Part shown: one piece after another, positions 1 through 8,174 of the stretch | How the letters are laid out: every line of letters begins with the position of its first letter | How positions within the stretch are numbered: the first letter of the stretch is position 1 | IMG/VR virus record: IMGVR_UViG_3300002460_000068 | DNA length: 42,107 nt | From: a virus | Strand: one strand, 5' to 3' | The notes under the pieces: generated by a model | What the model was told of the DNA's origin: nothing | The model's database searches: none | What the model saw: only the letters and a program-made list of their open reading frames with translations | Made by a program: the position numbers and the translations under genes

Positions 1-93
1 CACATGAAATATTTTTTAATTTTTATTTGGTTTATCTTTTTCTTCCCACTTTATCTTTTAATGCTTCGTCTAGCTATCGAAGGGGCTGGAACA
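1..93. repeat. Terminal direct repeat, copy 1 (identical to 42015..42107)
   Basis: Bases 1-93 recur exactly at 42015-42107 and the window ends inside the repeat. Unit genome is therefore 42014 bp. This is either a circular or permuted assembly overlap or a genuine short DTR. Confidence 0.95.
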
Positions 94-150
94 TATTTTT
101 CTGAAGGTTATTTTAAAATTTGGCATTTTGTATTCACGGGGATATGGTAA
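4..150 (+). CDS. Small hydrophobic protein (48 aa), starts inside the terminal repeat
   Basis: ATG at 4, TAA at 148-150. The product MKYFLIFIWFIFFFPLYLLMLRLAIEG... is one long hydrophobic segment. Its stop overlaps the ATG at 144 (ATGGTAA). It is below the ORF-track size cutoff. Confidence 0.3.
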   Translation: MKYFLIFIWFIFFFPLYLLMLRLAIEGAGTYFSEGYFKIWHFVFTGIW

Positions 151-338
151 AAAAAAGGATAAAAAGCAAAATGACTAATAAGCTCGAAGAGATAGAAGAT
201 TTAATTGATAATTATGTGGATGAAAAAGGTCAATTCTGGTATGAATGGCCACTGTATCAACTTGCAGTAATTTTTTTAAAATGGCATAAAAATGAGATTA
301 AACTTTTAATGGCTAACCGTAAAAAAAAACTTGGCTAA
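144..338 (+). CDS. Hypothetical protein
   Basis: The ORF-track frame 120..338 begins at TTG. The first in-frame ATG is at 144 and is preceded by GGGGA. No recognisable motif. Confidence 0.4.
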   Translation: MVKKRIKSKMTNKLEEIEDLIDNYVDEKGQFWYEWPLYQLAVIFLKWHKNEIKLLMANRKKKLG

Positions 339-400
339 AAGGCAATATCGTTGTTTGTGAAGAGTATATCCCTTGGGATGAAATTTGAAGAGGCTTTTAC

Positions 401-604
401 ATGAAAAATAAACATTTAGAAGGTTGTCCGATTTGCGGGGACATTCCATACGTGTCCAAAATGAAATATGGCGACTACAAAGTTTTTTGCGATCAGGGGG
501 ATAAAGAGCATATTTGTGTTGCCTATGGTGATGATAAAGAGGATGCAATCAAAAATTGGAATAATCGAGTCAAATCAAAGGAAGAAATGCAGAATGGGCG
601 GTGA
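401..604 (+). CDS. Lar-family-like restriction alleviation protein (zinc ribbon)
   Basis: 67 aa with CPICG ... C..G....C and the C-terminal signature EDAIKNWNNR, typical of Lar-type anti-restriction proteins. The N-terminus of 36500..37093 is a paralog. Confidence 0.65.
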   Translation: MKNKHLEGCPICGDIPYVSKMKYGDYKVFCDQGDKEHICVAYGDDKEDAIKNWNNRVKSKEEMQNGR

Positions 605-608
605 AGAT

Positions 609-1019
609 ATGAAAATTATAAAGATATGTAGAAGTGCATGGGAGGGAGTATGTAGAAGTGCATGGGAGGGAGAAGGGAAAAAACGACCGGCTTTATGGGT
701 GGCAGTTGGAAATCTCGGGTTTGGGTTAGTAGTCATCAGTGCTTTCACAATTTGGAATTTTTTCTTTACAATGTCTCCTATACAAAAGTTAATTTTCGCG
801 GAGTGGCAGTTAAGAAGCGATGAATATTGGATTTTGAAGAAAGATATACGTGAAATTAAAGAAAAAGGTTTAGAACTGGATAATAAAATTGCTGAATTAA
901 ATAGGCTGGGAGGAATAAAATCCAATAGCTTTGTTTTTCTATCAAATGAGATAAATGATATGAAAAACAAATTTTATAAACATCAACATCGATATTATGA
1001 TGGGAAAATTATTAAATAA
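609..1019 (+). CDS. Membrane protein with duplicated CRSAWEG motif and C-terminal coiled coil
   Basis: ATG at 609 after GGTGAAG. One TM segment (LWVAVGNLGFGLVVISAFTIW) is followed by a coiled-coil-like tail. It contains the 24-bp tandem duplication at 627-674. Confidence 0.5.
   Translation: MKIIKICRSAWEGVCRSAWEGEGKKRPALWVAVGNLGFGLVVISAFTIWNFFFTMSPIQKLIFAEWQLRSDEYWILKKDIREIKEKGLELDNKIAELNRLGGIKSNSFVFLSNEINDMKNKFYKHQHRYYDGKIIK
627..674 (+). repeat. Tandem duplication, 2 x 24 bp (tgtagaagtgcatgggagggag..)
   Basis: 627-650 and 651-674 are identical at 22/24 positions. In frame, this duplicates the peptide CRSAWEG. Confidence 0.9.
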
Positions 1020-1166
1020 ACTTATTCAGAAGTTTGAGATAAAAAATAAAAACCGCCATCATCAAAATAAATTTCCACCACAAAATTCCATCAATCATCA
1101 TCAGCGTCCCTCATCCAATAGGCAAACACGAGAACAAGGAGAATGACCGCCACTGTTATAAAAAAG

Positions 1167-1595
1167 CTAGACCACATTATTTTTTAATCTCATTTTTTGG
1201 GCGTGAACATTCCAAGGAATCCATCCTCCGATCCGCACGGCATTAAAAATTGTCCCTCGTTTAAACCAATTTACGCCTAAAATTTTCATGCTTTCTTTGA
1301 ATATCGAATCGCATTGCGCCCGTGTGCGTTTTATGTTGTTATATGGCGTTTTAACCTCACCTAAAATACTGTAAAGAAAATCATGGAGGACGGCGGACTG
1401 GTTATAAAGTCCACTTTTGGGAATCAACATTGAGGCCGGCCAAGGGACACTGGCAAAATCAGTTTCAAAACCTTTTAGAATGGTAATAGTGTTACCGCTA
1501 CCCTCTTCACCAACATCATAAGAGAATTCTCGTTCTACCCGCCACGTTCCAGCGGATATTTGAGTAACGGTCAACGGGTCGGTGAATGATGACAT
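1167..1595 (-). CDS. DUF1353-like protein
   Basis: GFETDFASVPWPA ... AVLHDFLY ... RAQCDSIF ... AVRIGG matches the conserved F.TDgaS.P / HD.lY / R..aD pattern of DUF1353. It is the last gene of the late arm, next to the lysis-type membrane proteins. Confidence 0.7.
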   Translation of the reverse strand: MSSFTDPLTVTQISAGTWRVEREFSYDVGEEGSGNTITILKGFETDFASVPWPASMLIPKSGLYNQSAVLHDFLYSILGEVKTPYNNIKRTRAQCDSIFKESMKILGVNWFKRGTIFNAVRIGGWIPWNVHAQKMRLKNNVV

Positions 1596-1741
1596 TGAAA
1601 AACCTCCACAACGGTATTGGCATGATATTTTAATTCTGCTTCGCCTGTTTTTTTATTCCCCTTTGTTTCTAAATCCATTTGTCTATAAATCGCGCACCCT
1701 GCCAAAAGCATAAAGCTTAATACAAGACATATAATTTTCAT
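1568..1741 (-). CDS. Small lipoprotein (57 aa), o-spanin-like
   Basis: Not in the ORF track. The product MKIICLVLSFMLLAGC... has the lipobox LLAGC. Its ATG overlaps the stop of 1738..1941 (ATGA), and its 3' end overlaps 1167..1595. Confidence 0.5.
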
Positions 1742-1941
1742 GGTTTCACCTCATGGGGTTTCCCGTTAGATTGTCCCGTCGATCTCGAAAAATAAAAAGA
1801 AACCACTAGCATAATAATACCATAAATTTGTTCCCCACTCAATATTTTCGCATAGGCGGCATATCCAAAAACAAGGCCTGTAATAATTGTAAAGATAAAT
1901 TTCCCACTAAAAATTTTTTCCCATTTTAGATTTTCATTCAT
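1738..1941 (-). CDS. Two-TM small membrane protein, holin-like
   Basis: 67 aa with two hydrophobic helices (FIFTIITGLVFGYAAYA and IYGIIMLVVSFYF) and a charged C-terminus. It sits in the lysis-type cluster. Confidence 0.45.
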   Translation of the reverse strand: MNENLKWEKIFSGKFIFTIITGLVFGYAAYAKILSGEQIYGIIMLVVSFYFSRSTGQSNGKPHEVKP

Positions 1942-2260
1942 CCCTCAACTCCTTAATAGGCAACCACTTCTTTTCTTTTTTATTCCAAAAGGTCTTCCTA
2001 TCTTGTGAATAAACAATTTCCTCTTCTTTATTGACAAGTTTCTGCATTAAATCGTTTGCAGTGCGTTGTTCTTTTATATAATCCTCAATTGTTGCAACCT
2101 TTTTTTCACTCGCTTCGACCCGTTTTGGAAGTTCGATATACGTCGCTAAACTAACCGCCAGCCATCCAATCGCCCCTAAAGTCGTAGGGACTGCCCCGAT
2201 AAGAAGTACTTTTTTAAAATCAAATGATTGAGATTTTGATTCTTTTTTATTCTTCATCAT
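1934..2260 (-). CDS. N-terminally anchored coiled-coil protein, i-spanin-like
   Basis: 108 aa: a basic N-terminus, one TM (VLLIGAVPTTLGAIGWLAVSLATYI), then a charged helical region. Neighbours are a holin-like gene and a lipoprotein gene. Confidence 0.4.
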   Translation of the reverse strand: MMKNKKESKSQSFDFKKVLLIGAVPTTLGAIGWLAVSLATYIELPKRVEASEKKVATIEDYIKEQRTANDLMQKLVNKEEEIVYSQDRKTFWNKKEKKWLPIKELRDE

Positions 2261-2498
2261 TGATCCTCTGTAAAACTCTTAACTCTCCATTCCAATTATT
2301 TAAAACATCATTATTCAAAACATTAGATAAAGAACAGCTTCTATGCCAAGAGCCTTTTCCATAATAAAATTTAAGTTCTTGTTCTTTTTGATAATTGTTT
2401 GGAGTGTAAGCGCAAATAAATTCTAAACATCGACTCTCAATTTCTTTAATTAAGTCATCTATAGGGATTAAGCTTAAATCGATTTTAGTTACATCCAT
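2247..2498 (-). CDS. Hypothetical protein
   Basis: 83-aa ORF in the operon, overlapping its neighbour. No motif recognised. Confidence 0.45.
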   Translation of the reverse strand: MDVTKIDLSLIPIDDLIKEIESRCLEFICAYTPNNYQKEQELKFYYGKGSWHRSCSLSNVLNNDVLNNWNGELRVLQRINDEE

Positions 2499-2563
2499 CT
2501 TTTTATTATCCCTCCGGTTAAAAAAAACATAATCAAAATTCCTCTTATAAACTTAATCAAAAT

Positions 2564-2737
2564 TTATCTCCCGAAATTCGCTCTCATGTGTTTTTTTTGC
2601 CGTTTCTCCGACGGTTTAAAATAGTATTGATTCCTCGCTAAATCATCAAAAATACCTTCTTTTTCAACCAGCTTTTTAAATAACCTCAACTGTTTTTCAA
2701 ACAAAAAAGGACGTTCAATTATTACTTCGATTGCCAT
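2564..2737 (-). CDS. rpsU: Ribosomal protein bS21 homolog (57 aa)
   Basis: Not in the ORF track. MAIEVIIERPFLFEKQLRLFKKLVEKEGIFDDLARNQYYFKPSEKRQKKHMRANFGR aligns with bacterial S21 (..V.e...fe.aLRrFKr..ek.Gi......r.fyeKPse.Rk.k). RBS AAGGGGGA lies upstream of the ATG at 2737. Confidence 0.8.
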   Translation of the reverse strand: MAIEVIIERPFLFEKQLRLFKKLVEKEGIFDDLARNQYYFKPSEKRQKKHMRANFGR

Positions 2738-2746
2738 ATTCCCCCT

Positions 2747-2932
2747 TCAATCATTTTTTGGTTCATCAATATCTAACTCCATCATTATCCAGCTTAAATC
2801 GTATTTTAAAATCTTTTCAATATATTTATAATCTTCGGAATCGTAATCTCTTCGTCTACTCAAAATTTCTATGTCCGATTGAACATCTTTTAAAACTTCG
2901 GAAATCTTATCTAATTGTTCTTTAGAAATCAT
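2747..2932 (-). CDS. Hypothetical acidic protein
   Basis: 61-aa ORF, overlapping stop/start with 2929..3240. Confidence 0.45.
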   Translation of the reverse strand: MISKEQLDKISEVLKDVQSDIEILSRRRDYDSEDYKYIEKILKYDLSWIMMELDIDEPKND

Positions 2933-3240
2933 TTATTAAGAAAAGAAGAAAACAGCCAATTTACAAAAGAAGTAAAAATGATAATTCCAAGAAAAACAAG
3001 GACTCTACCTTTCGCAATATCTTCTTTTAAACTGTCGATTTTGTTAGAAATGTTTTGGACTAAAAGACAATTTTTGTCTTGAGACTTTTCAATATATTCC
3101 AGTCGCGTCCCTATTTCAGCAATAACTACCGTATTCTTTTGAATCAACACCTGTTGATTCTCGACGATATGTTCCAAATGATCTAACCGGCCATTATCGA
3201 CCGTATCCACTCGCCTATGTTCTTTCCCGTCCCAAGCCAT
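2929..3240 (-). CDS. Coiled-coil protein with C-terminal TM anchor (XhlA-like architecture)
   Basis: 103 aa: an N-terminal helical/coiled region, then the C-terminal TM VLVFLGIIIFTSFVNWLFSSFL. The architecture resembles XhlA-type lysis-associated proteins. Confidence 0.35.
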   Translation of the reverse strand: MAWDGKEHRRVDTVDNGRLDHLEHIVENQQVLIQKNTVVIAEIGTRLEYIEKSQDKNCLLVQNISNKIDSLKEDIAKGRVLVFLGIIIFTSFVNWLFSSFLNK

Positions 3241-3249
3241 AATTCCCTT

Positions 3250-5346
3250 TTATTTATTCTCTAAAATTTCTATTCTTTTTTCCAGAGATTGTACTTTCAA
3301 ATTCAGTTCTTTAATCGCATTTAACAAAAGCACAGGAAGTTTATCATAATGAACGCCGTAATATACCTCTGACGAGCCTTCATTTTTAAAACTATATGTA
3401 AGTTCTGGAAGCAGCGGCAAAACATCCTGGGCCATGAGTCCCAGTTTCAATTTACTTCCATCTTTCTCATCCAAATCGTTATATTTATATGTATTGAGTT
3501 GCCTGACAATATCCAATGATCCGGTTAACGGAACAATGTTCTTTTTTAATCGGCGATCTGAGGCGACAAGAGCAATGCTGTTTGTGGCGGTATCTTGATA
3601 AGCCGCAACATCTCCGTCGGCCGTCCAAGTAGCCATGCTGATTCTGCCGTTAACCTCCAACACTTGCGTCGGCGCCGTCGTCCCGATGCCGACGTTGCCG
3701 CCTGTCAATATTTTCATCTTTGCTGTCGTGGCGGTATAAAAAGTCATACTATCCTCATCATTTCTATACCACACCCGTCCCTCACAATCCGCAGTAGCCC
3801 CATCACAAAACATAAGTTTACCGATTCCACTAGTCGATCCAGATAATATAACTATCCCAGTAGAAACTGTAGCGCCCCCGCCTATTGTTTGAACCTGAAG
3901 ATGTCCATCAGTAAAAACATCCGGAACTACTCCAATGCCAACATCTCCATTGTTCGCCATCCGTGCAACTTCAGTCGCGCCATTATTCCCCGTTTGGAAA
4001 ATAATATCTGCGCCAGTTGTTCCTACTCCCGAGGTAGAACGTAGCGAAAGTGTTGACGTCGTTGCAACTCCCCCGATTACCAACGGATCGGTAATCGAAG
4101 TTACGAACGTCGGAGCAGTTTGCATACCAACTACTGTCCCTGTCCCCGTCAAAGTATATTCTCCAAGTGCTCCAGCATTATCATAAAGGATACGAGTAGT
4201 TGTTCCGCTTGCGATTGTCGTTGTTCCTATAGTAAGCCCACCACCGGCGGCAGCTGCCGAAGTCCAATTCGTTCCGTCTGAAGTTAAAACATTCCCTGAT
4301 GTTCCAGGAACCGCATACGTTTCCGTAGACGCAACAAAATTAGTCCCATTCCCGACAAGTATTTTTCTTGAGGTCGCCGCATTCGCAATCCGAAATCCTG
4401 TCCCGACATTCACCACACCAGAAGTAATATTGGTGTCTGCTACCCCCAGTCCAGTCGTGAAATATCCTGCTCCGACAACATGAAGAGCTTGTGCCGGCGC
4501 CGTCGTCCCGATGCCGACGTTGCCGGCTTTAAGATAAAGAGTGTTGACAATAGCCCCAGAATTGACAGAGGTGATCGCCGCAATGGAATTTTGAGTGAGA
4601 GTGAAATCTGCCGCAGGAACAATATTTGTGATAACAGGACTTGAAATCGTTGGGGCTTGATTGAATACGGCCAGAGGAGAGCCGCTTGCAGAGCCGGTTT
4701 CGTCAGACAAAACTCCATAAAGTTGCGCAGATGTAGTCGCGGAAAAAACGCTTAAATTGTTAGTTGTGTATACCCCATTTGTTACCGTCCCTGCGTTTCC
4801 TGTGATATTCGTCTGGTCTCCAGTATTGCTACCGCTCAAATTTGACCCTGTAACCGCACCAGTAGCCGATAACGCTCCGCCTACGGCCACTGCCCCATTG
4901 CTAAACGTTATTGTCGGGTCTGTCCCGCTTAGATTAAACGTCCAAATATTCGACGCATTGCCACCAGCCCCCCAAGTCAAGGCTTCAAGTTCGGTCGCGT
5001 CAAATACAAAATCATTCGTTGAAATATCAATCCCCGCCTCACCCGTGGCATTGGTATCATCTAAAATGTCTAATTTTGCTCGGGTAATTACTTGCCCCGA
5101 GATCGTGATATAGTCCGGCGTTCCAGCTAGGGTAACATCTCCTGTGTTCGTACCAGAACCTGTCGCTATACTACAAGTTCCATCCCCATTGTCTGTTGGT
5201 GTGTCAGAAAATTTTATAGAATATCCATAGCAAGGAGATGTCCCATCCTCTTTACTAACCTCAACAAAACCTTTTCCCGAGGGTTGAGCGAAAACTAAAA
5301 AGTGGAAGAATAAACTAATAAAGATAGCTAACAAAAATCGTTGCAC
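3250..5346 (-). CDS. Tail fibre/spike protein with C-terminal intramolecular chaperone (peptidase S74) domain
   Basis: 698 aa with a G/T/S/N-rich beta-type body and a duplicated GNVGIGTTAP..L.V.G motif. The C-terminus SDRRLKKNI..LGLMAQDV..VHYDKL..LNAIKEL plus coiled coil is the auto-cleaving chaperone domain. GTG start at 5346 with RBS AGGAAG. Confidence 0.85.
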   Translation of the reverse strand: MQRFLLAIFISLFFHFLVFAQPSGKGFVEVSKEDGTSPCYGYSIKFSDTPTDNGDGTCSIATGSGTNTGDVTLAGTPDYITISGQVITRAKLDILDDTNATGEAGIDISTNDFVFDATELEALTWGAGGNASNIWTFNLSGTDPTITFSNGAVAVGGALSATGAVTGSNLSGSNTGDQTNITGNAGTVTNGVYTTNNLSVFSATTSAQLYGVLSDETGSASGSPLAVFNQAPTISSPVITNIVPAADFTLTQNSIAAITSVNSGAIVNTLYLKAGNVGIGTTAPAQALHVVGAGYFTTGLGVADTNITSGVVNVGTGFRIANAATSRKILVGNGTNFVASTETYAVPGTSGNVLTSDGTNWTSAAAAGGGLTIGTTTIASGTTTRILYDNAGALGEYTLTGTGTVVGMQTAPTFVTSITDPLVIGGVATTSTLSLRSTSGVGTTGADIIFQTGNNGATEVARMANNGDVGIGVVPDVFTDGHLQVQTIGGGATVSTGIVILSGSTSGIGKLMFCDGATADCEGRVWYRNDEDSMTFYTATTAKMKILTGGNVGIGTTAPTQVLEVNGRISMATWTADGDVAAYQDTATNSIALVASDRRLKKNIVPLTGSLDIVRQLNTYKYNDLDEKDGSKLKLGLMAQDVLPLLPELTYSFKNEGSSEVYYGVHYDKLPVLLLNAIKELNLKVQSLEKRIEILENK

Positions 5347-5629
5347 TAGAACTTCCTTTCCGTATGGCTTTAAAATTATTTAATTGACTGTACCCTTCCA
5401 AAACCAAACTGTCTAAAGGATTAACCAAATGACCAACCGTTGCGCTTGGATCAGTCCCGTCAATTCGATAACGAAATTGAGCCGTTTCGCAAGTAATGAT
5501 AACCTTCTTTGGTCTTGGGTTCGTCGTAAGTTTAGACGTTGTCAACCCAATAGCCGTATCTGCTACGGTTATTTGTTCAAAATCGTAACAAATGTATTTC
5601 CCTATATAGTGCTGACGCGCGTCGATCAT
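5315..5629 (-). CDS. Hypothetical virion-module protein
   Basis: 104-aa ORF between the internal-virion-like genes and the tail fibre, with overlapping junctions. Confidence 0.45.
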   Translation of the reverse strand: MIDARQHYIGKYICYDFEQITVADTAIGLTTSKLTTNPRPKKVIITCETAQFRYRIDGTDPSATVGHLVNPLDSLVLEGYSQLNNFKAIRKGSSSATIFVSYLY

Positions 5630-7107
5630 GGGGTAGACCTTTTTATAGATTTATATTTTTGAGGAATAACGCTTACTGGTTTACTATACTTTGCCGCTAA
5701 TTCATACATTTGCCTAATTTTTCTGTCGGGGCTACGCATAAAATCAACTATCTTGCTTGCTCCTTTTATTGTAACTGCCCGACCTAAATTCAAAGTCGCC
5801 CCTAAAGGATTCCCAGCTATAGCATGACCGGCACTTTGCAGGACTTCTTCTAAAGACCATAAATCAATAATAGGATGGATAAAACCACCACCAGCGTTTT
5901 GCCTGTAATATTTATTTGCCGCCGCTAAAATTTCATTCTGTGCTCCTCGTAAGTCAGAATACTGTTTTCTTGCCTCTCCATATCCTGATTGTCCTAAAGT
6001 TTTCTCAATAACGTTGTCAGTCTCTTCCGCAAGTTTATACCGTAAACTATTCAACAAATCTTTTTTTGAAAAATCAACTGCTTGACCGGATTTCCTTAAA
6101 GTTTGAATTTGATCGTTTAAATACTTCAAATAATCCTGCGCTTGCGTTGGATCGATTTCCCCAACTTTTTTTATATCTTGAGATGTTTTGTCTAAAGCCT
6201 TTGATAATTGAGGATTTGCTTTTAAAGCAACCATTCCTATATTTTTTTTAGCTTCAGTTAAAGAAGTGTCAACCAATGAAGATAAATCAATCTTCGCACC
6301 TTTATCCGTCGCCCCCTGCGACAATTTAGTCACATTATTTTTCCAAATCAATTCTTTGACTTGTTGGAAAGCTTGTAAATTTTCTTCTCTTGTTTGAGGA
6401 ATTCTTGATTCCATCCCTCCTGTGTCGGGATTAAGCAATTTTACATCAGGGAGATTATCTGAAATTGTTTTAACGACATTGACCTTTGAAGCCCTTATCG
6501 TTTTTGCTTCAATAGGGTTTTTTATTTTTGTTCCAATAGATTCATTGTAAAGGTTAAAAATTTTATCTTGAATTGGACGTGGAACTAAGTCTAAAGTTTT
6601 CTTTAGAATAGATGGTGCAGCTTTTACCGCTCCTGCCGTAGCAAGCCCTAAGCCTCCACCAACAATGGCATTTGTCCCTCTTTCTTGCAAAGATGTATCA
6701 GGATTTAAAATATCCTGCCCCGCCCCATAGGCAGCCCCTACGGCTACGCCCCCCTTCAATATTCCAAGCCCTTGAACAACTTTAGCCGCAGGAACAGCAA
6801 ACCCAGAAGCAAATCTAAGAACTTTCCCTTCCAATGTTTTTTGTTCAGGGAAAATTGCGCTTGCCTTATCTTCTCCAAAAACTCTGGCTACATTTGGTTT
6901 AATATTATTCGCAGTTAAATCGTTAATCGAACTTAAAATTGCACCGCCAGATTCTTTCCATGCGTTAGACGCATTTCTTCCTATCATCTGAGGGATAGAT
7001 TCTTTGGTTTGCTTCGCCGCAACCTGTGCCATTTCGTCAATATCGGCAGAAGTCGGGTTCCCCTCAAAACTCATTGTTACGCCATTACTAAATTTTATTT
7101 GTCCCAT
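5626..7107 (-). CDS. Internal virion/ejection-like protein
   Basis: 493 aa with Gly/Ala-rich putative membrane-active segments (GFAVPAAKVVQGLGILKGGVAVGAAYGAG). Its position is equivalent to T7 gp14-16. Confidence 0.45.
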   Translation of the reverse strand: MGQIKFSNGVTMSFEGNPTSADIDEMAQVAAKQTKESIPQMIGRNASNAWKESGGAILSSINDLTANNIKPNVARVFGEDKASAIFPEQKTLEGKVLRFASGFAVPAAKVVQGLGILKGGVAVGAAYGAGQDILNPDTSLQERGTNAIVGGGLGLATAGAVKAAPSILKKTLDLVPRPIQDKIFNLYNESIGTKIKNPIEAKTIRASKVNVVKTISDNLPDVKLLNPDTGGMESRIPQTREENLQAFQQVKELIWKNNVTKLSQGATDKGAKIDLSSLVDTSLTEAKKNIGMVALKANPQLSKALDKTSQDIKKVGEIDPTQAQDYLKYLNDQIQTLRKSGQAVDFSKKDLLNSLRYKLAEETDNVIEKTLGQSGYGEARKQYSDLRGAQNEILAAANKYYRQNAGGGFIHPIIDLWSLEEVLQSAGHAIAGNPLGATLNLGRAVTIKGASKIVDFMRSPDRKIRQMYELAAKYSKPVSVIPQKYKSIKRSTP

Positions 7108-7108
7108 A

Positions 7109-8164
7109 TTATTGTAAAATTTTATAAGTAAAACCGTTTGAAGCTTGGCCTGATTGGACTTTCCCTGGATTTTTTAAATCAGAATTTGGAGTTACTTTAA
7201 TAGATTTATATCCCTGCCTATTCATATCCCCACTTAATTGTCCCTGTATTTCATCCCGAGTTTCATTTAATGCTTCAATCCTATTCTTAGCGTCAATACT
7301 CATAATCCCTGTTACAGGGTCTAGTAAACCACGAAGAGTTTCTTGATTTTGCCAAGTGTTCAACATATTCCTTGCCTCTTCGCGAGCAGAATCCGTAATC
7401 ATACTCCCTGTTGCTCCTGGAGCCGAAGTAAGGCGGGCGTATTCTGTCGCCACCGTATAAACAGCCGTTGCTAAACGAGAAGCTTCTGGGTCGCCTGTAA
7501 TATTCAATTTTCCTGCTATAATTGCCCTGTTGACTAATGGAATTTTGCTTCTGTCAAAATTATCTGATAATGATAAAGCAACATCAGCATTTTTTCTAAA
7601 AGTTTTTTCAAACGATGTTACATTATTGTAAAGTTTTTCAAAATTCCCAGAACTTGTTTTATTAACAGTAAAATTTATATCCGCTTTTGCGGCATTATAA
7701 GAAGGGTCAATCTCTTTAGCGGCTTGAATAGCCATTATCCTTTGATTCCCCCTAGACGGGATTTGAGAAGGGACTAACTGTCCAGAAATTAAATTATCAG
7801 CTATTCCAGAGAGGTCTTGCTGATTTAAATTATAAATACTTTTTCCAGCTTCTTTTAAACGGATAGCTGATTCTTCTGTTTTGGGTTTATATTCTTCCTC
7901 TTTTGATTTTAACGAACCTAATCCAGGAAGATCAAGACTTCCAACCGTTCCTTTCACGACTGGCTCTGTTTTCCCTTCTAATAAACTCGTTAATCCCAAA
8001 AGATTTATCTTTTGCCCTGTTTCTTCTCCTGTCTCTCTTTGTTTTTTTAACCGTTCAGCAATTTGAGCGACAATATTAGCCAAAGCATTACCCTTCCCAC
8101 CCGTAGCTAATCCTCGTTCAAATCCTCGATGTATTCCAGCGCTTACCGCCGACCAATCAGCCAT
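7109..8164 (-). CDS. Internal virion/ejection-like protein
   Basis: 351 aa. Called by position within the internal-protein block. No specific motif. Confidence 0.4.
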   Translation of the reverse strand: MADWSAVSAGIHRGFERGLATGGKGNALANIVAQIAERLKKQRETGEETGQKINLLGLTSLLEGKTEPVVKGTVGSLDLPGLGSLKSKEEEYKPKTEESAIRLKEAGKSIYNLNQQDLSGIADNLISGQLVPSQIPSRGNQRIMAIQAAKEIDPSYNAAKADINFTVNKTSSGNFEKLYNNVTSFEKTFRKNADVALSLSDNFDRSKIPLVNRAIIAGKLNITGDPEASRLATAVYTVATEYARLTSAPGATGSMITDSAREEARNMLNTWQNQETLRGLLDPVTGIMSIDAKNRIEALNETRDEIQGQLSGDMNRQGYKSIKVTPNSDLKNPGKVQSGQASNGFTYKILQ

Positions 8165-8174
8165 TTTTTCCCCT

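Noticed and set aside
3668-4530. A 31-bp near-identical duplication (ggcgccgtcgtcccgatgccgacgttgcc at about 3670 and about 4497) in the tail-fibre gene, which could be a DGR template/variable repeat pair
   Set aside because: Both copies are in frame and encode the same structural motif, GNVGIGTTAP. There are no adenine-specific differences and no reverse transcriptase anywhere in the genome.
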